Below the pieces are notes generated by a model. That model was not told the DNA's origin. It saw only the letters and a program-made list of their open reading frames with translations, and made no database searches. From assembly GCA_046727415.1 (NCBI GenBank), contig JBKPCO010000021.1, positions 34,052-98,051 of the forward strand: 64,000 nucleotides of DNA, written 5' to 3'. Origin of the DNA: Candidatus Methylomirabilota bacterium. GTDB lineage: Bacteria; Methylomirabilota; Methylomirabilia; Rokubacteriales; CSP1-6. This document shows, piece by piece, positions 27,608 to 41,334 of the stretch; position 1 is the stretch's first letter; the number at the start of each line of letters is the position of its first letter. The position numbers were made by a program, and so were the translations under genes.

Positions 27608-28506
27608 TGGCGACCGTCGGTTTCATCGGGCTGGGCGCGATGGGTAGCCGCATGGCCAAGCGGCTGCTCGACTCCGGCCGCGGCGTCGTGGGCTACAACC
27701 GGACGCCCGAGAAGGCCCGGACGCTCGTCGCCGCCGGCCTCACGCTCGCGAAGTCGCCCCGCGCGGTGGCCGAGGCCACCGACACGGTCTTCAGCATGGT
27801 CACCGACAACGCCGCGCTCCGCGCGATCGGCCTGGGCCCCGACGGTGTCGTCGCCGGGCTCCGGCCGGGCGCCGTGTGGGTCGAGATGAGCACGGTCAGC
27901 CCCTCCGTCACACGCGAGCTGGGCCAAGCCGTCGCCGCCCGGGGCGCTGCGCTGATCGACGCGCCGGTTTCCGGCAGCGCGGTCACGGTCGAGGCCGGCC
28001 AGCTCTCGTTCATGGTCGGCGGTGACCCGGCGGCGCTTGAGAAAGTTCGGCCGCACGTCCTGGCGATCGGGCCGACCATCACTCACGTCGGCGAGCTCGG
28101 GCTCGCGGTGGCGATGAAGATCGCCACGAACCTGAACCTCGCCGTCCAGATGCTGGCGTTCTGCGAGGCGGTAGCGCTCGCGGAGAAGGCCGGGATCGAG
28201 CGCGAGCGCGCGGTCGAAGTGCTGCTGAAGTCGGTCATCGCCTCGCCGATGGTCAAGTATCGCGGACCGTTCGTGCTGGGGATGCCCGCCGAACCCCTCT
28301 TCGACGTGAACATGAGCAAGAAGGACCTCGGTCTCGCGCTCGAGATGGGGCGCGCGCTCGGCGTGGCGCTGCCGAGCGTCGCGCTCGTCGATCAGCTGAT
28401 GACCGCCGCCGGGGGCCTTGGGCTGGCCCACTACGACTTCGCGGTCGTCTTCGACGTGATCGCGCGCATGAGCGGGCTGAGCCCCAGCGCCAAGAAGGGG
28501 TCGTAA
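27607..28506 (+). CDS. HIBADH-family NAD-binding dehydrogenase (third paralog).
   Basis: MATVGFIGLGAMGSRMAKRLL and DAPVSGS. 299 aa. The start overlaps the ridA stop (TGATG). Confidence 0.85.
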   Translation: MATVGFIGLGAMGSRMAKRLLDSGRGVVGYNRTPEKARTLVAAGLTLAKSPRAVAEATDTVFSMVTDNAALRAIGLGPDGVVAGLRPGAVWVEMSTVSPSVTRELGQAVAARGAALIDAPVSGSAVTVEAGQLSFMVGGDPAALEKVRPHVLAIGPTITHVGELGLAVAMKIATNLNLAVQMLAFCEAVALAEKAGIERERAVEVLLKSVIASPMVKYRGPFVLGMPAEPLFDVNMSKKDLGLALEMGRALGVALPSVALVDQLMTAAGGLGLAHYDFAVVFDVIARMSGLSPSAKKGS

Positions 28507-28513
28507 CCCGGGC

Positions 28514-29134
28514 TCAGCGCAGGGTGAGCGTGGCGCGGCCCGACGCCGTATCGACGCTCAGCGTGAACGCGTCGAGCACGTCGCGACCGAGTAACCCGTC
28601 GACGCCGCCCGTCGCGTCCTCGCCCGAGCCCTCGACGCGAGTCGCGCGCAAGGTCGGCGGCAGCGTGTGGGCGATCACCACCAGGGGCCCGATGCGGGCG
28701 CCGGCCACGTCCAGAATCGGGATGGTGACCAGCGTCGCGGTCGACACACCGGTGATCCCGATGACGTGAACCGTACGGCCGGTCTCGCGGCCGAGCCCGG
28801 CGCGCTCCAGCACCTCGGGCGCGATCACTGTGCGGTCGGCGCCGGTGTCCACGATCAGCGTGAGCGGCACACCGTTGAGACGGGCCTCGGCAGTGATGGG
28901 CGCTCCGGGCGTGACACGCAGTGCGGTCGGCTCGCTCGTGGCCGGCGGCGCCGGGCGGGCCTGCGGAGTGTTGATGAGCGTCGCCGCGTCGCGGAACGCC
29001 GATGGGATCGAGGCGAGGTCAGAGGTGTAGTAAACGACTCCCTCTGCGTCGGCCCATTTGTAGAGCTCGGCAAGGGCGGGCGTGGCCGCGAGGCCGCCGG
29101 CTACGAGGAGCAGCGCCAGTCCGGCGTGTCGCAT
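28514..29134 (-). CDS. Secreted retropepsin-like aspartic protease with an N-terminal DUF4124-like segment.
   Basis: Signal peptide (MRHAGLALLLVAGGLAATPALA), then LYKWADAEGVVYYTS and a DTGA active site (LIVDTGADRTVIAPE). The upstream 160 codons of the ORF are Arg-rich junk. Confidence 0.6.
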   Translation of the reverse strand: MRHAGLALLLVAGGLAATPALAELYKWADAEGVVYYTSDLASIPSAFRDAATLINTPQARPAPPATSEPTALRVTPGAPITAEARLNGVPLTLIVDTGADRTVIAPEVLERAGLGRETGRTVHVIGITGVSTATLVTIPILDVAGARIGPLVVIAHTLPPTLRATRVEGSGEDATGGVDGLLGRDVLDAFTLSVDTASGRATLTLR

Positions 29135-29148
29135 AAGAGCCTCGTGTC

Positions 29149-30348
29149 CTATCGGACGACCTTCTTCGCGCGGAGCGCGCGAATGTCCTCGGCGGAATAG
29201 CCCCACTCGGCCAGCACCTCGTCGGTGTGTTCGCCCTGCATCGGCGCCGGCCGGCGCACGCCCGGACGCATCCGTGAGTATTTCACCGGCGTGCCGATCA
29301 CCGGGATCTCGCCGAGCCGCGGGTGCGTGACGTGCTCGATCATCTGGCGCGCCGCGGTCTGCGCGTCGTTCATCACCTGGGCGACCGTGTTCACCGGCGT
29401 GGCGGGCACGCCGGCGTCCTCGAGCAGCTTCAGCAGCGGCTCGCGGTCGAACTTCCCGATCGCTGCGGCCACCGCCGCCTCCAGCTCTGCGCGGTGCCGC
29501 ACGCGGCCGAGATTCTTCGCGAAACGCTCGTCGTCCCTCATGGCGCCGAGGTCGAGCGCCGCGACCAGCCGTTGCCAGAATCGGTCGTTGGCGCCGGCGA
29601 TGAACACCCATTGGCCATCGCGGCAGCGGAAGTTCCGGTAGGGCGCGAGCGACGGATGGGAGGAGCCGAGCGCCTTCGGCTCGGCGCCGGTGAGCAGGAA
29701 ACCCTCCGCGTGGTAGTTCAAGAGCGTCACGGCCGTCTCCAGAAGGGAGCCATCCACCCGCTGGCCCTGGCCGGTCTTCGCCCGATAGAGCAAAGCGTTG
29801 ACGATACCGAAGGCGGAAAAGATCCCGGTCGTGAGATCGAGGAACGAGACGCCGGCGCGGACCGGCGGGCCGTCGGGCTCGCCGGTGATCGACATGATTC
29901 CGCTGAACGCCTGCATGAGAGCCTCGTAGCCCGCCCCGTCCTTCCGCGGACCGGTGCGCCCGAACGCAGAGATCGAGCAGTAGATGAGGCCCGGATTGAT
30001 CGCGGACAGGGTGTCGTAGCCGAGGCCGAAGCCTTCCATCGTGCCCGTCCGGAAATTCTCGATGAGCACGTCGGCACGCTTGACCAGGTTTTTCAAGATA
30101 TCGGCCCCTTCCGGGGTCTTGAGATCGAGCGTGAGGTCCCGCTTGTTGCGATTGATAACCAGGAACGCCGCTGACTCGCCCTCCTTGTGGGGCGGCCAGG
30201 TGCGGGATTCGTCCCCGGCCCCGGTGTCTTCCACTTTGATGACGTCGGCCCCCATGTCGGACAGGAGCATGCCGCAGAAGGGACCGGCGAGAACGCGCGA
30301 GAGATCGATGACCCGCACACCGTCGAGCGAAAGGGCTCCCGTGATCAT
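29149..30348 (-). CDS. CoA-transferase family III protein (CaiB/BaiF).
   Basis: LDGVRVIDLSRVLAGPFCGMLLSDMGADVIKVE is the family-III N-terminal signature. 400 aa. Confidence 0.85.
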   Translation of the reverse strand: MITGALSLDGVRVIDLSRVLAGPFCGMLLSDMGADVIKVEDTGAGDESRTWPPHKEGESAAFLVINRNKRDLTLDLKTPEGADILKNLVKRADVLIENFRTGTMEGFGLGYDTLSAINPGLIYCSISAFGRTGPRKDGAGYEALMQAFSGIMSITGEPDGPPVRAGVSFLDLTTGIFSAFGIVNALLYRAKTGQGQRVDGSLLETAVTLLNYHAEGFLLTGAEPKALGSSHPSLAPYRNFRCRDGQWVFIAGANDRFWQRLVAALDLGAMRDDERFAKNLGRVRHRAELEAAVAAAIGKFDREPLLKLLEDAGVPATPVNTVAQVMNDAQTAARQMIEHVTHPRLGEIPVIGTPVKYSRMRPGVRRPAPMQGEHTDEVLAEWGYSAEDIRALRAKKVVR

Positions 30349-30366
30349 GTGCGCTACTATAACGCT

Positions 30367-33768
<3,402 letters not shown>

Positions 33769-33793
33769 CCGGCACCCGTCCGAGAGACGCCAC

Positions 33794-33824
33794 GGGCCCG
33801 AGTCGGAAACCGGCTCGGGCCCGC
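33794..33824. terminator. Inverted repeat between convergent metH and the secreted-protein gene, a bidirectional terminator candidate.
   Basis: CGGGCCCGAG...CTCGGGCCCG is a 10-bp stem with an 11-nt loop. Confidence 0.3.
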
Positions 33825-33847
33825 GTCAGACGAGGAGGAGTCGAAGG

Positions 33848-34573
33848 TTAGTCGAAGTCGATCTCGAGCCGAACAGTCGGCATGCCGAGCGAGCGCTCGT
33901 TATTCTTCACCGGGAACGGCCCGGACTGACCGTCCAGATAGTAGGCGTCGGCCCCACGCCAGGGCTTGCCGCGCCGGCCCGACGCATCGAGCGCGAAGGG
34001 CAGGCGGAAGGTCCCGGTGAACGTGAAGGCTCCGCCGTCGTAACCGTCGATCGTGCCCACACCCTTGGTGATGAACCCGAGCGGTGCCTGGCCCGACATC
34101 GCCGGCGAAAGATCGGCATCGCCGGTGAAGGTCCCGGTGATGATCACGAACTCGGGCGCATCCACCGTGTTGTTGTCCTGCACCACCACAGCGTAACTCC
34201 CGCTCAAGGTGCCCGTACCGGTCGCGAGGCTCAGGTCGTCGGAGCCCTTCACGTTCACGGTGCAATACTCGGCCTTGGGCGCGAGCTGCTTCACCCAGAT
34301 CGGGCAGAGCGGGGTTCCGAACTTCGCAAATCCGGAAAGCTGAGCCACTGCCTGGCGGTTCATCGCCTTGCTGGAATCGCTCACGTAGCTCACGATGTTG
34401 CCGTTCGCGCTGGGGACTGTGACGGTCAGGTACATGTCCTCGGTGACTTCGTAGAGCACCGCATCGGCGTTCCTGGCCATGGCCGGCGCCGGTCCCCATG
34501 TGAGGACGCACAGCAGGGACATGAGCCCCGGGAGACTCCACGTCACTGCGCTTTTCCAACTTTTGCTCGCCAT
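33848..34573 (-). CDS. Secreted hypothetical protein.
   Basis: 241 aa with a signal peptide. It is Thr/Gly-rich and likely beta-rich, and I recognise no family. It is followed upstream by a 280-bp AT-richer intergenic region. Confidence 0.5.
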   Translation of the reverse strand: MASKSWKSAVTWSLPGLMSLLCVLTWGPAPAMARNADAVLYEVTEDMYLTVTVPSANGNIVSYVSDSSKAMNRQAVAQLSGFAKFGTPLCPIWVKQLAPKAEYCTVNVKGSDDLSLATGTGTLSGSYAVVVQDNNTVDAPEFVIITGTFTGDADLSPAMSGQAPLGFITKGVGTIDGYDGGAFTFTGTFRLPFALDASGRRGKPWRGADAYYLDGQSGPFPVKNNERSLGMPTVRLEIDFD

Positions 34574-34855
34574 CGCACGTCTCCTCGTTTCCAGTACCGA
34601 CGAAGTAGTTGCTATCGCGCTGTACGGGGTGCAAGCGAAATACCAACGCGGACCTCTCGCAAACTATCAATTTCATTGGACTTCCCGGACTTGCTCCCGG
34701 GGGACATTATCCGTAACTGGTTGATTTATTGTCGTTTTCGGTCCGGAAATCGATCTAGAGCCCAAAAAGTACTGATTTGTAGGGAGTTGAAGCCCAGAAG
34801 GCGGGGTGGCGAGAATTTGCCGATCGTGGCGAAATGGCTCGGAGTGCCTGGCCCC

Positions 34856-37546
34856 TCAGAGGTCGAGATCCGGCTCGGCGACGACGGCTCCGGGCCGAGC
34901 CGGCAGCTTGACGGTGAAGGTCGAGCCGCGACCGAGCTCGCTCTTGACCTCAATGGTGCCGCCGTGGCTCTGCACGATGCCCAGGCTCACGGAAAGCCCG
35001 AGCCCGGTGCCGCTCACGTCGGGCTTGGTCGTGAAGAAGGGCTCGAAGATCCGGTCGATGTGCTCCGGCGCGATCCCCGTCCCGGTATCGATCACCTCGA
35101 CCTGCACCATGTCGCCGCTCGCGGCCGAGCGGATGGTGAGGGAGCCGCCGCTGTCTTTCATGACGTAGACGGCATTATTGATGAGGTTGAGGAACACCTG
35201 CTTGATCCGGGGCACGTCGATCTCAACCGGGGCGAGCCCCGGCGCGTACTGCTCCTCGAGCATGATCGAGTCCAGGGCACCCTGGCGACGCAACATGCCG
35301 AGCGTCTGCTCGAGGACGACATTGAGGTCGGTGATCTGGGGAATGAACTCGCGCTGCCGGCTGAAGTGCAGCAGGTCCCGCACGATGTCGCGGGCGCGAC
35401 CGGCCTCCTCCTGGATCAGATCGAGCTCCTCGCGCATCGGCCGGCCGGGCGGGATCTGCTCGGCGAGGTACGACGCGAAGCCGAGGACGCTCGTCAGTGG
35501 ATTGTTGATCTCGTGCGCGATGTTCGCCGCCAGCTCGCCGATCGCAGCCAGTTTGGTCGACTGGATGAGCTGCGCCTGCGTGCGCTTGAGCTCGGCCATC
35601 TGTTGCTTGACGCCCTCGTAAAGACGCGAGTTCTCGCTGGCCACCGCGGCCTGCAGCGCAATGCCCTCGGCGAGTCTCAGCTCCTCGGAGGTGAAGCGGT
35701 GGTGCTCGCGGAGCCAGGCGAGCGCGAAGCCGCCGATCGTGACCCCCTTCCACCGCATCGGCAGGATGAGGACCGACCTGTGCGACAACAGACGGGCGAT
35801 CGGGTGGGTGAAGCGCGGATCGTCCTGGCTGTGGCTCGCATAGACCGGCCCCTCGATCCGCCGCCAGTCGCTCACCTGCGGATCGAGCGATTTGAGGTTG
35901 GCGCTCTCGAGCGCCCCCAGGAGCTCCTTGGGCACGTGATAGCCCACGACCGGCACGAAGCGGCTCCTGTCCTCGCTCAGCAGCCACGCGCCGCCGGTGT
36001 CGGCGCCGAGCGCACGAACCATGGCCCGCGTCGTACGCCGCAAGATCTCGGTGAGCTCCAGCGTGGAGCTAGCGTCCTGGCTCACCGCCAGGAGCGTCTC
36101 GGTGTGGCGCAGACGCTCCTCGGTCTGCTCGTGCAGGCGCGCGTTGCGGATCGCTACCGACGCCGACGTCGCGAGCGCCTCGCCGAGGGCCAGCTCTTCG
36201 GGCGTGAACACATGACGCTCTCGATAGAAGATGGAGAGGACTCCGACCAGCTCGGTCTCGAGGAAGAGCGGAAGGCCGAGGAACGAGACAAATCCTTCGC
36301 CGGCGAACCACTCGCGGCGATTGAGGCTGGGCTCCGCCAGGACATCGCCGTAGGCCAGAGGCTTACGGTGCTTGGTGATCCACCCGATGAGCCCACTGTT
36401 GTCGCCCTCGCCGGCGCCCGCGGTCTCCTTCACCGCCCGGGTCGTCCCGGCCTGCGCACTGAGGCGGAAGACTCCGGAGATGTCATCGACGATGAGAATC
36501 CGCACGACGTCCGCGCCGAAGCGGCTGCGCACAAGCTCGGCGAGCCGGCTGAGCACCTCGGAGACCTGCAGGGTACCGGTCAGCAGGCGGCCGGACTCCA
36601 CGAGGCTCTCCTGCTCGGCGGCGCGCCGCATCACCCCCTCGTAGAGGCGCGCGTTCTCGGCGGCGATCGCGACCTGGTCCGCGACGATCTTGAGGAGCTG
36701 CTCCTCGTCGGCCTTTGCGCCCGGCGGCAAGATGTGGCGCGCGACCATGGTGCCGAGCGAGCGGCCCCGGATCGTCAGCGGCAGCTTCCACTCGACCTCG
36801 GTCCAGTCCTCGGCTGGCGCCGCGCCCGAGCCGGCCAGGACGCTGCGCGGCTGCTCAACCGTGCTCTGCGGCGCGACGACGGTGATGGCCGGCGGACCGG
36901 TGAGCTCGACGCTCAAGCTGTTGGTGCCGATGGCGCCCGCCAGTCCGCCCAGGAGCTTCTCGAGCATCGGAGCGACGCCCAGCTCGGAGGTGATGTCCTG
37001 CATCGAACGGTGCAGGTCTTCGAGCTGTGAGGCCCGACGCACGAAGTGCTGATTGAGCCGCTTGAGCTCCTCGACCTGGTTGAGCAGGCGGTAGACGAGC
37101 CGCTGGTTCAGCTCGCGGAGGTACACGCCCTCGTCGCGGCTCTCCACCCTTTCCCGCTTGCCGCCGAGGAACTCGGCGACCTGCCGGGGGAACGCGTCGA
37201 CGTCGATGGGCTTCTGGATATAGCCGTCGCACCCCGCCACCAGCGTGCGTTGCCGGTCACCCTGCATCGCATAGGCGGTCAGCGCGATCACCGGAGTCGA
37301 GGCGAGATTCGGGAACGACTTCAAAATCGCGACGATCTCATAGCCGTCGACGCCGGGCAGGTTGATGTCGAGCAGGATGAGGGCCGGCTCCTCGCGGATC
37401 GCCGCTTCGATCCCGGCAAGGCCGTCCTCGGCATCGACGAGGAGGTACCCGGCCGCCTCCAGAACGGCGCGGACGAGTAACCGGTTCTCGCGGTTGTCCT
37501 CGATGTACAGGATCTTCGTCTTCTGGTCGAGTGGCCGTGCCGGCAT
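34856..37546 (-). CDS. Hybrid sensor histidine kinase: receiver domain, three GAF domains, HisKA, HATPase.
   Basis: The true start is the ATG at 37546 (MPARPLDQKTKILYIEDN). An N-terminal REC domain (LLDINLPGVDGYEIV) is followed by three GAF-like blocks, then HisKA (IAHEINNPL) and the ATP-binding G1/G2 boxes. Confidence 0.85.
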   Translation of the reverse strand: MPARPLDQKTKILYIEDNRENRLLVRAVLEAAGYLLVDAEDGLAGIEAAIREEPALILLDINLPGVDGYEIVAILKSFPNLASTPVIALTAYAMQGDRQRTLVAGCDGYIQKPIDVDAFPRQVAEFLGGKRERVESRDEGVYLRELNQRLVYRLLNQVEELKRLNQHFVRRASQLEDLHRSMQDITSELGVAPMLEKLLGGLAGAIGTNSLSVELTGPPAITVVAPQSTVEQPRSVLAGSGAAPAEDWTEVEWKLPLTIRGRSLGTMVARHILPPGAKADEEQLLKIVADQVAIAAENARLYEGVMRRAAEQESLVESGRLLTGTLQVSEVLSRLAELVRSRFGADVVRILIVDDISGVFRLSAQAGTTRAVKETAGAGEGDNSGLIGWITKHRKPLAYGDVLAEPSLNRREWFAGEGFVSFLGLPLFLETELVGVLSIFYRERHVFTPEELALGEALATSASVAIRNARLHEQTEERLRHTETLLAVSQDASSTLELTEILRRTTRAMVRALGADTGGAWLLSEDRSRFVPVVGYHVPKELLGALESANLKSLDPQVSDWRRIEGPVYASHSQDDPRFTHPIARLLSHRSVLILPMRWKGVTIGGFALAWLREHHRFTSEELRLAEGIALQAAVASENSRLYEGVKQQMAELKRTQAQLIQSTKLAAIGELAANIAHEINNPLTSVLGFASYLAEQIPPGRPMREELDLIQEEAGRARDIVRDLLHFSRQREFIPQITDLNVVLEQTLGMLRRQGALDSIMLEEQYAPGLAPVEIDVPRIKQVFLNLINNAVYVMKDSGGSLTIRSAASGDMVQVEVIDTGTGIAPEHIDRIFEPFFTTKPDVSGTGLGLSVSLGIVQSHGGTIEVKSELGRGSTFTVKLPARPGAVVAEPDLDL

Positions 37547-37560
37547 TCGACGGCGTCTCC

Positions 37561-39681
37561 TCAGGTCAAGGGCAGCGTGAAGTGGAACGTTGACCCCTGG
37601 TTCTCCCGGCTCTCCGCCCAGATGCGGCCGCCGTGCAACTCCACGAACTTCTTGCTGATGGCGAGCCCCAGTCCGGTGCCGCCGGCGCTGCGCACGACCG
37701 GGTTGTCGAGCTGCTGGAACGGCTCGAAGAGCCGGGCCAGGTCGTCCTCCCGGATCCCGATCCCGGTATCGGCGACGCTCACCCGGACGGCGTCCGGCTC
37801 GGCCACCACGCTGACGAGTACCCGGCCCTGGCCCGTGAACTTGATCGCGTTGGACAAAAGGTTCAGCAGGATTTGCTTGATCTTGGTGCGATCGCCGGAC
37901 AGCGGCGGCAGCTCGAGCGGCACGTTCTTCTCCACCTTCATCTGCTTGCCGCGGGCGAGCGGCATCGACGACTCGATGCACTCGTCGATCAGCTCGTGCA
38001 GATCGACCTCCTCGGGAATCATCTCGAGCTTGCCGGCCTCGATTCGCGAGAAGTCGAGGATCCCGTTGATGAGCTGGAGCAGATGAGCGCCGCTGTTGTG
38101 AACAGAGCGGATATACGTCTCCTGGCGCTCGGTGAGCTCGCCGTCGAAGCGGTTCAGCAGCACTTTCGAGAATCCGATGATCGAATTGAGCGGCGTCCGC
38201 AACTCGTGCGACATACTGGCCAGGAACTGGGACTTGAGCCGACTCGCCTGCATGAGCTCGGCATTGGTCTCCGAGAGCTCCTCGTACAACCGCGCGTTCT
38301 CCAGCGAGATCGCGACCTGGTTGGCCAGGACCGCCAGCACCTCGAGCTCTTGATCGACGAAGATGTCGCCGGAGAGCTTCTCGCCGACCAGCAGGATGCC
38401 GGTGAGTTTGCCCTCGATCTTCAGGGGCACGATGAGCGCCGCCTTGATGGCGTCGAGCTCGTTCTCGGCTGCCTCGAAGTACGCGGCGATCTCCGGGTTC
38501 AGCTTGGCCTCTTCCTTCACGAGGACCCGGCCGGTCTGGTTGAGCCACTGCACGATGCGGCTGTCGATCCGGATCGGCGCTACCGTGCTCCGCTCGCCCA
38601 CGCTAGCGTCCTCGCGGTAGACCACGAACGCGCTACGCTGGGCGTCGTAGATCATCAGCACGCAGTGGGTGAGCGGCACGCCGCGCACCAGCCCGTGCAC
38701 GAGCGTCTCCATCAGCCGGCCGAAGTCCAGGATGGCGCCCATTCGCTTGCTGAGGTCGAGCAGCGTCTCGTAGCAGCCGCGGCGCCGACTGAACATGACC
38801 CGCTCAATCCACTCTTCCAGCCGCTGGCCGATCGGGCTGACCAGCATGGTCATCACGAAACCGAGCGGCAGAATGATCCACAGCGGATTCACCTGGTCCA
38901 AGTCGGCGTACGATTCGGCCGCGACCAGCACCGAGGTCAGCACGCCCCACACCAGGAGGTAGACGGCGCTCTTCTTGACGGCCACGTTGACGTCGAAGAG
39001 CCGGTACCGCACGATCGACGTCCCGAGCATGAGCGCGAACACCATGTTCGCGGGAATGCCCATCGGGTAGACGAGGTCCGCCGCCGGCACGAACCGGACG
39101 AGGATGAACCGGGCGAAGTCGATGACGCCGCCGACCAGGCTCACCAGGGTGCCCAGCAGGATCAAGGTCGCGCGGTTCCGCCGGAAGCTGGAGTCGACAT
39201 CCTTATAGATCCGGATCAGGTGCGAGAGCCCGTAGATCAGGAAGAAGTTGAAGTAGAAGAAGAACGGCGTGTAGAGGATCCCGGTCGCCGGCGCCCAGCC
39301 CCAGTACGTCGACTTGACGCCATGCATGAACAGCGTCGAGCCGCTCAGGTTGATGATGCTGAAGACGAGAGCCAGCGTGTACGCCACCAGCAGGGACGTC
39401 CGGTGTCGGGTCGTGCGCTCGAGGAAGATCAGGACGAAGTGGTAGTAGAACGCCGGGAGCGCGATGACCCCCGTGTGGATGACAACTTCCCAGAAGACGG
39501 CGGTGGTCTCGTCCGGCGCACGACGTAGCATGAACACGCCGAAGTTCCACACGGCCATGCCGCCCACGAAGTACGTGAACAGCCGGTTCAGCCGGCTCTC
39601 CGGGTTGCGAAAGAGCGTGATCCCCGCGAGGAAGACGTTGAGGATCAGCGCGAGGAGCGGAAGAAAATTATGAAACGTCAC
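37561..39681 (-). CDS. Membrane sensor histidine kinase: 7TM receptor (7TMR-DISM-like) N-terminus, GAF, HisKA, HATPase.
   Basis: Seven hydrophobic segments in the first 300 aa, then a GAF domain, HisKA (SMSHELRTPLNSI) and HATPase (DTGIGI...GGTGLGL). 706 aa. Confidence 0.85.
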   Translation of the reverse strand: MTFHNFLPLLALILNVFLAGITLFRNPESRLNRLFTYFVGGMAVWNFGVFMLRRAPDETTAVFWEVVIHTGVIALPAFYYHFVLIFLERTTRHRTSLLVAYTLALVFSIINLSGSTLFMHGVKSTYWGWAPATGILYTPFFFYFNFFLIYGLSHLIRIYKDVDSSFRRNRATLILLGTLVSLVGGVIDFARFILVRFVPAADLVYPMGIPANMVFALMLGTSIVRYRLFDVNVAVKKSAVYLLVWGVLTSVLVAAESYADLDQVNPLWIILPLGFVMTMLVSPIGQRLEEWIERVMFSRRRGCYETLLDLSKRMGAILDFGRLMETLVHGLVRGVPLTHCVLMIYDAQRSAFVVYREDASVGERSTVAPIRIDSRIVQWLNQTGRVLVKEEAKLNPEIAAYFEAAENELDAIKAALIVPLKIEGKLTGILLVGEKLSGDIFVDQELEVLAVLANQVAISLENARLYEELSETNAELMQASRLKSQFLASMSHELRTPLNSIIGFSKVLLNRFDGELTERQETYIRSVHNSGAHLLQLINGILDFSRIEAGKLEMIPEEVDLHELIDECIESSMPLARGKQMKVEKNVPLELPPLSGDRTKIKQILLNLLSNAIKFTGQGRVLVSVVAEPDAVRVSVADTGIGIREDDLARLFEPFQQLDNPVVRSAGGTGLGLAISKKFVELHGGRIWAESRENQGSTFHFTLPLT

Positions 39682-40345
39682 GCGTATCCCCCTCGGCGCC
39701 CTCGAGAGGGAGGTAGACTGGGTCCTTCTTGCGGTGTTGCTCGATCTCCTGCTTCAGGATCCCGAAGACGAGCATGTCCCAACACTGTCCGTCCTGGTAG
39801 CCCGCCTGCCGGAGAATGCCTTCCTGCCGGAAGCCGTTGCGCCGCAGAGAGTTGGCGCTCAGGTGATTGTACTCGTACACCTTCGCCTCGATGCGTCGAA
39901 GTCCCAGTACGTCCACTCCATAGTAAGAGATGAGCTTGCCCGCCTCCACACCAAATCCGCGGCGGAGCGCCTTGGACGCGGTCAGCATGACCTCGAGGAA
40001 CGCATAGCCCTCGAGGAGGTGGATGTTGAACAGCCGTGCCACGCCGAGGGGGCGGCTCCACTCCGGGCTGGCCTCGATCACGAGGACGATCTGGGTCGAG
40101 TCCATCAGGCACGCCTCGTAGAACGAGGAATCCTTGTCGTACACGTGCTTGTAGCTGTTCAGGAACTCGCTGCCGACCATGCGCTCGATAAACGGGTCTT
40201 CCGCCCACTCCGAAAGGTACACGAGGTCCTCCGGCGTCAGCGTGCGGAGGTAGACTCGCAGCCCGCGCGACACGACGCCACGCCGGCGGGCGGCCCCCTC
40301 GCCCGGGCTCACCGGCACGATCGGTCTCTCGTCCACGGCGATCAT
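39668..40345 (-). CDS. GNAT-family N-acetyltransferase (RimJ/RimL-like).
   Basis: 225 aa with acetyl-CoA-binding-like blocks (LGVARLFNI, RRGFGVEA). Confidence 0.65.
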   Translation of the reverse strand: MIAVDERPIVPVSPGEGAARRRGVVSRGLRVYLRTLTPEDLVYLSEWAEDPFIERMVGSEFLNSYKHVYDKDSSFYEACLMDSTQIVLVIEASPEWSRPLGVARLFNIHLLEGYAFLEVMLTASKALRRGFGVEAGKLISYYGVDVLGLRRIEAKVYEYNHLSANSLRRNGFRQEGILRQAGYQDGQCWDMLVFGILKQEIEQHRKKDPVYLPLEGAEGDTRDVS

Positions 40346-40540
40346 TCCCTCGTCGGCTCGTTCTCCTATATGTCCCGGTCAAAGGTGATCTCGACGCGCA
40401 CCGTCGGATCGCCGAGCGCCCGCTCGTCGGGGCCGACCGGGCCGCCCGCCTCGCTCGAGCCGAGCATCGGCCCCAGCATCGAGCCGGCGGTCAGCAGCGC
40501 GATCACACCTATCGCGTGTTCATCGAAAGCTCGGTCGAAC

Positions 40541-41254
40541 TCACGTCGCCCGGCACCAGGCGAGATGGCTCAGGCCAGAGAGAAACGTCTGGCGGGACTC
40601 GAGGACCTCGAAGCCGGCGCGGCGAAGCGTCTCATGGAACTCGGGGGCGCCGAGATATCGATGCTCGCTCTCGCGAAAGAACTCGAAGGCGACCGTCGGC
40701 AGGAGCCAGCGCAGTGCCTGCACTGCCGCGCCGAGCCCCTGCGCCGCCCGCACCGTCTTGAACGTCGAGATCACCCGCGCCGGCCGATCGTAGGTCAGGA
40801 AGATCGCGTGGCCGCCCGGCTTGAGGGCCCGCCGGCAGCCATGCAAGAGCGCGTCGGGATCGGGATGCCAGTACAGCGTGTGCATGCTCACCAGGACGTC
40901 GAAGCTGCCGGCGCCGGGCAGCGCGGCGTGCGCAATGTCGAAATGCTGGAAGGAGAGGCTGGCGCCAAGGGGCCGGTCCTTCTCGCGCGCGATCTCGACC
41001 AGGTGCCGCACGCCGTCTATCCCGACCACCGTGTAGCCTTCCCGGGCGAGCCGGAGGCTCACGTTGCCGATCCCGCACGCTACGTCGAGCACGCGCATCG
41101 CGCGCGGCTTGGCCGGGTCCGGGACCGAGCGGGCGACGAGCGCGACGATCTCCTCGAGCATGCTCTCGTACGGATGGAAGTGCGTCACCACAGCGTCGTA
41201 GCTGACGCCGTAGGTGACGGCAATCATGTGCTCGAGGGCCTCCCGAAAGGGCAT
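40541..41254 (-). CDS. Class I SAM-dependent methyltransferase.
   Basis: VLDVACGIGNVSLRLAREG (motif I) and LKPGGHAIF. The start at 41254 (MPFREALEH) is chosen by alignment to the adjacent paralog. Confidence 0.75.
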   Translation of the reverse strand: MPFREALEHMIAVTYGVSYDAVVTHFHPYESMLEEIVALVARSVPDPAKPRAMRVLDVACGIGNVSLRLAREGYTVVGIDGVRHLVEIAREKDRPLGASLSFQHFDIAHAALPGAGSFDVLVSMHTLYWHPDPDALLHGCRRALKPGGHAIFLTYDRPARVISTFKTVRAAQGLGAAVQALRWLLPTVAFEFFRESEHRYLGAPEFHETLRRAGFEVLESRQTFLSGLSHLAWCRAT

Positions 41255-41334
41255 ACGATCTCCCGTCCGCTCCGGGGGCGAGGCCGGCTGGACGCCGGCC
41301 AAGGACTGAGATGGATACGGCATGCTGTCGTGAC

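Noticed and set aside
34574-34855. 280-bp AT-richer intergenic region with a CCCGG/CCGGG hairpin.
   Set aside because: It is probably just the promoter or terminator space for the secreted-protein gene and the kinase operon. No convincing intrinsic terminator (no U-tract) or ncRNA signature was found.
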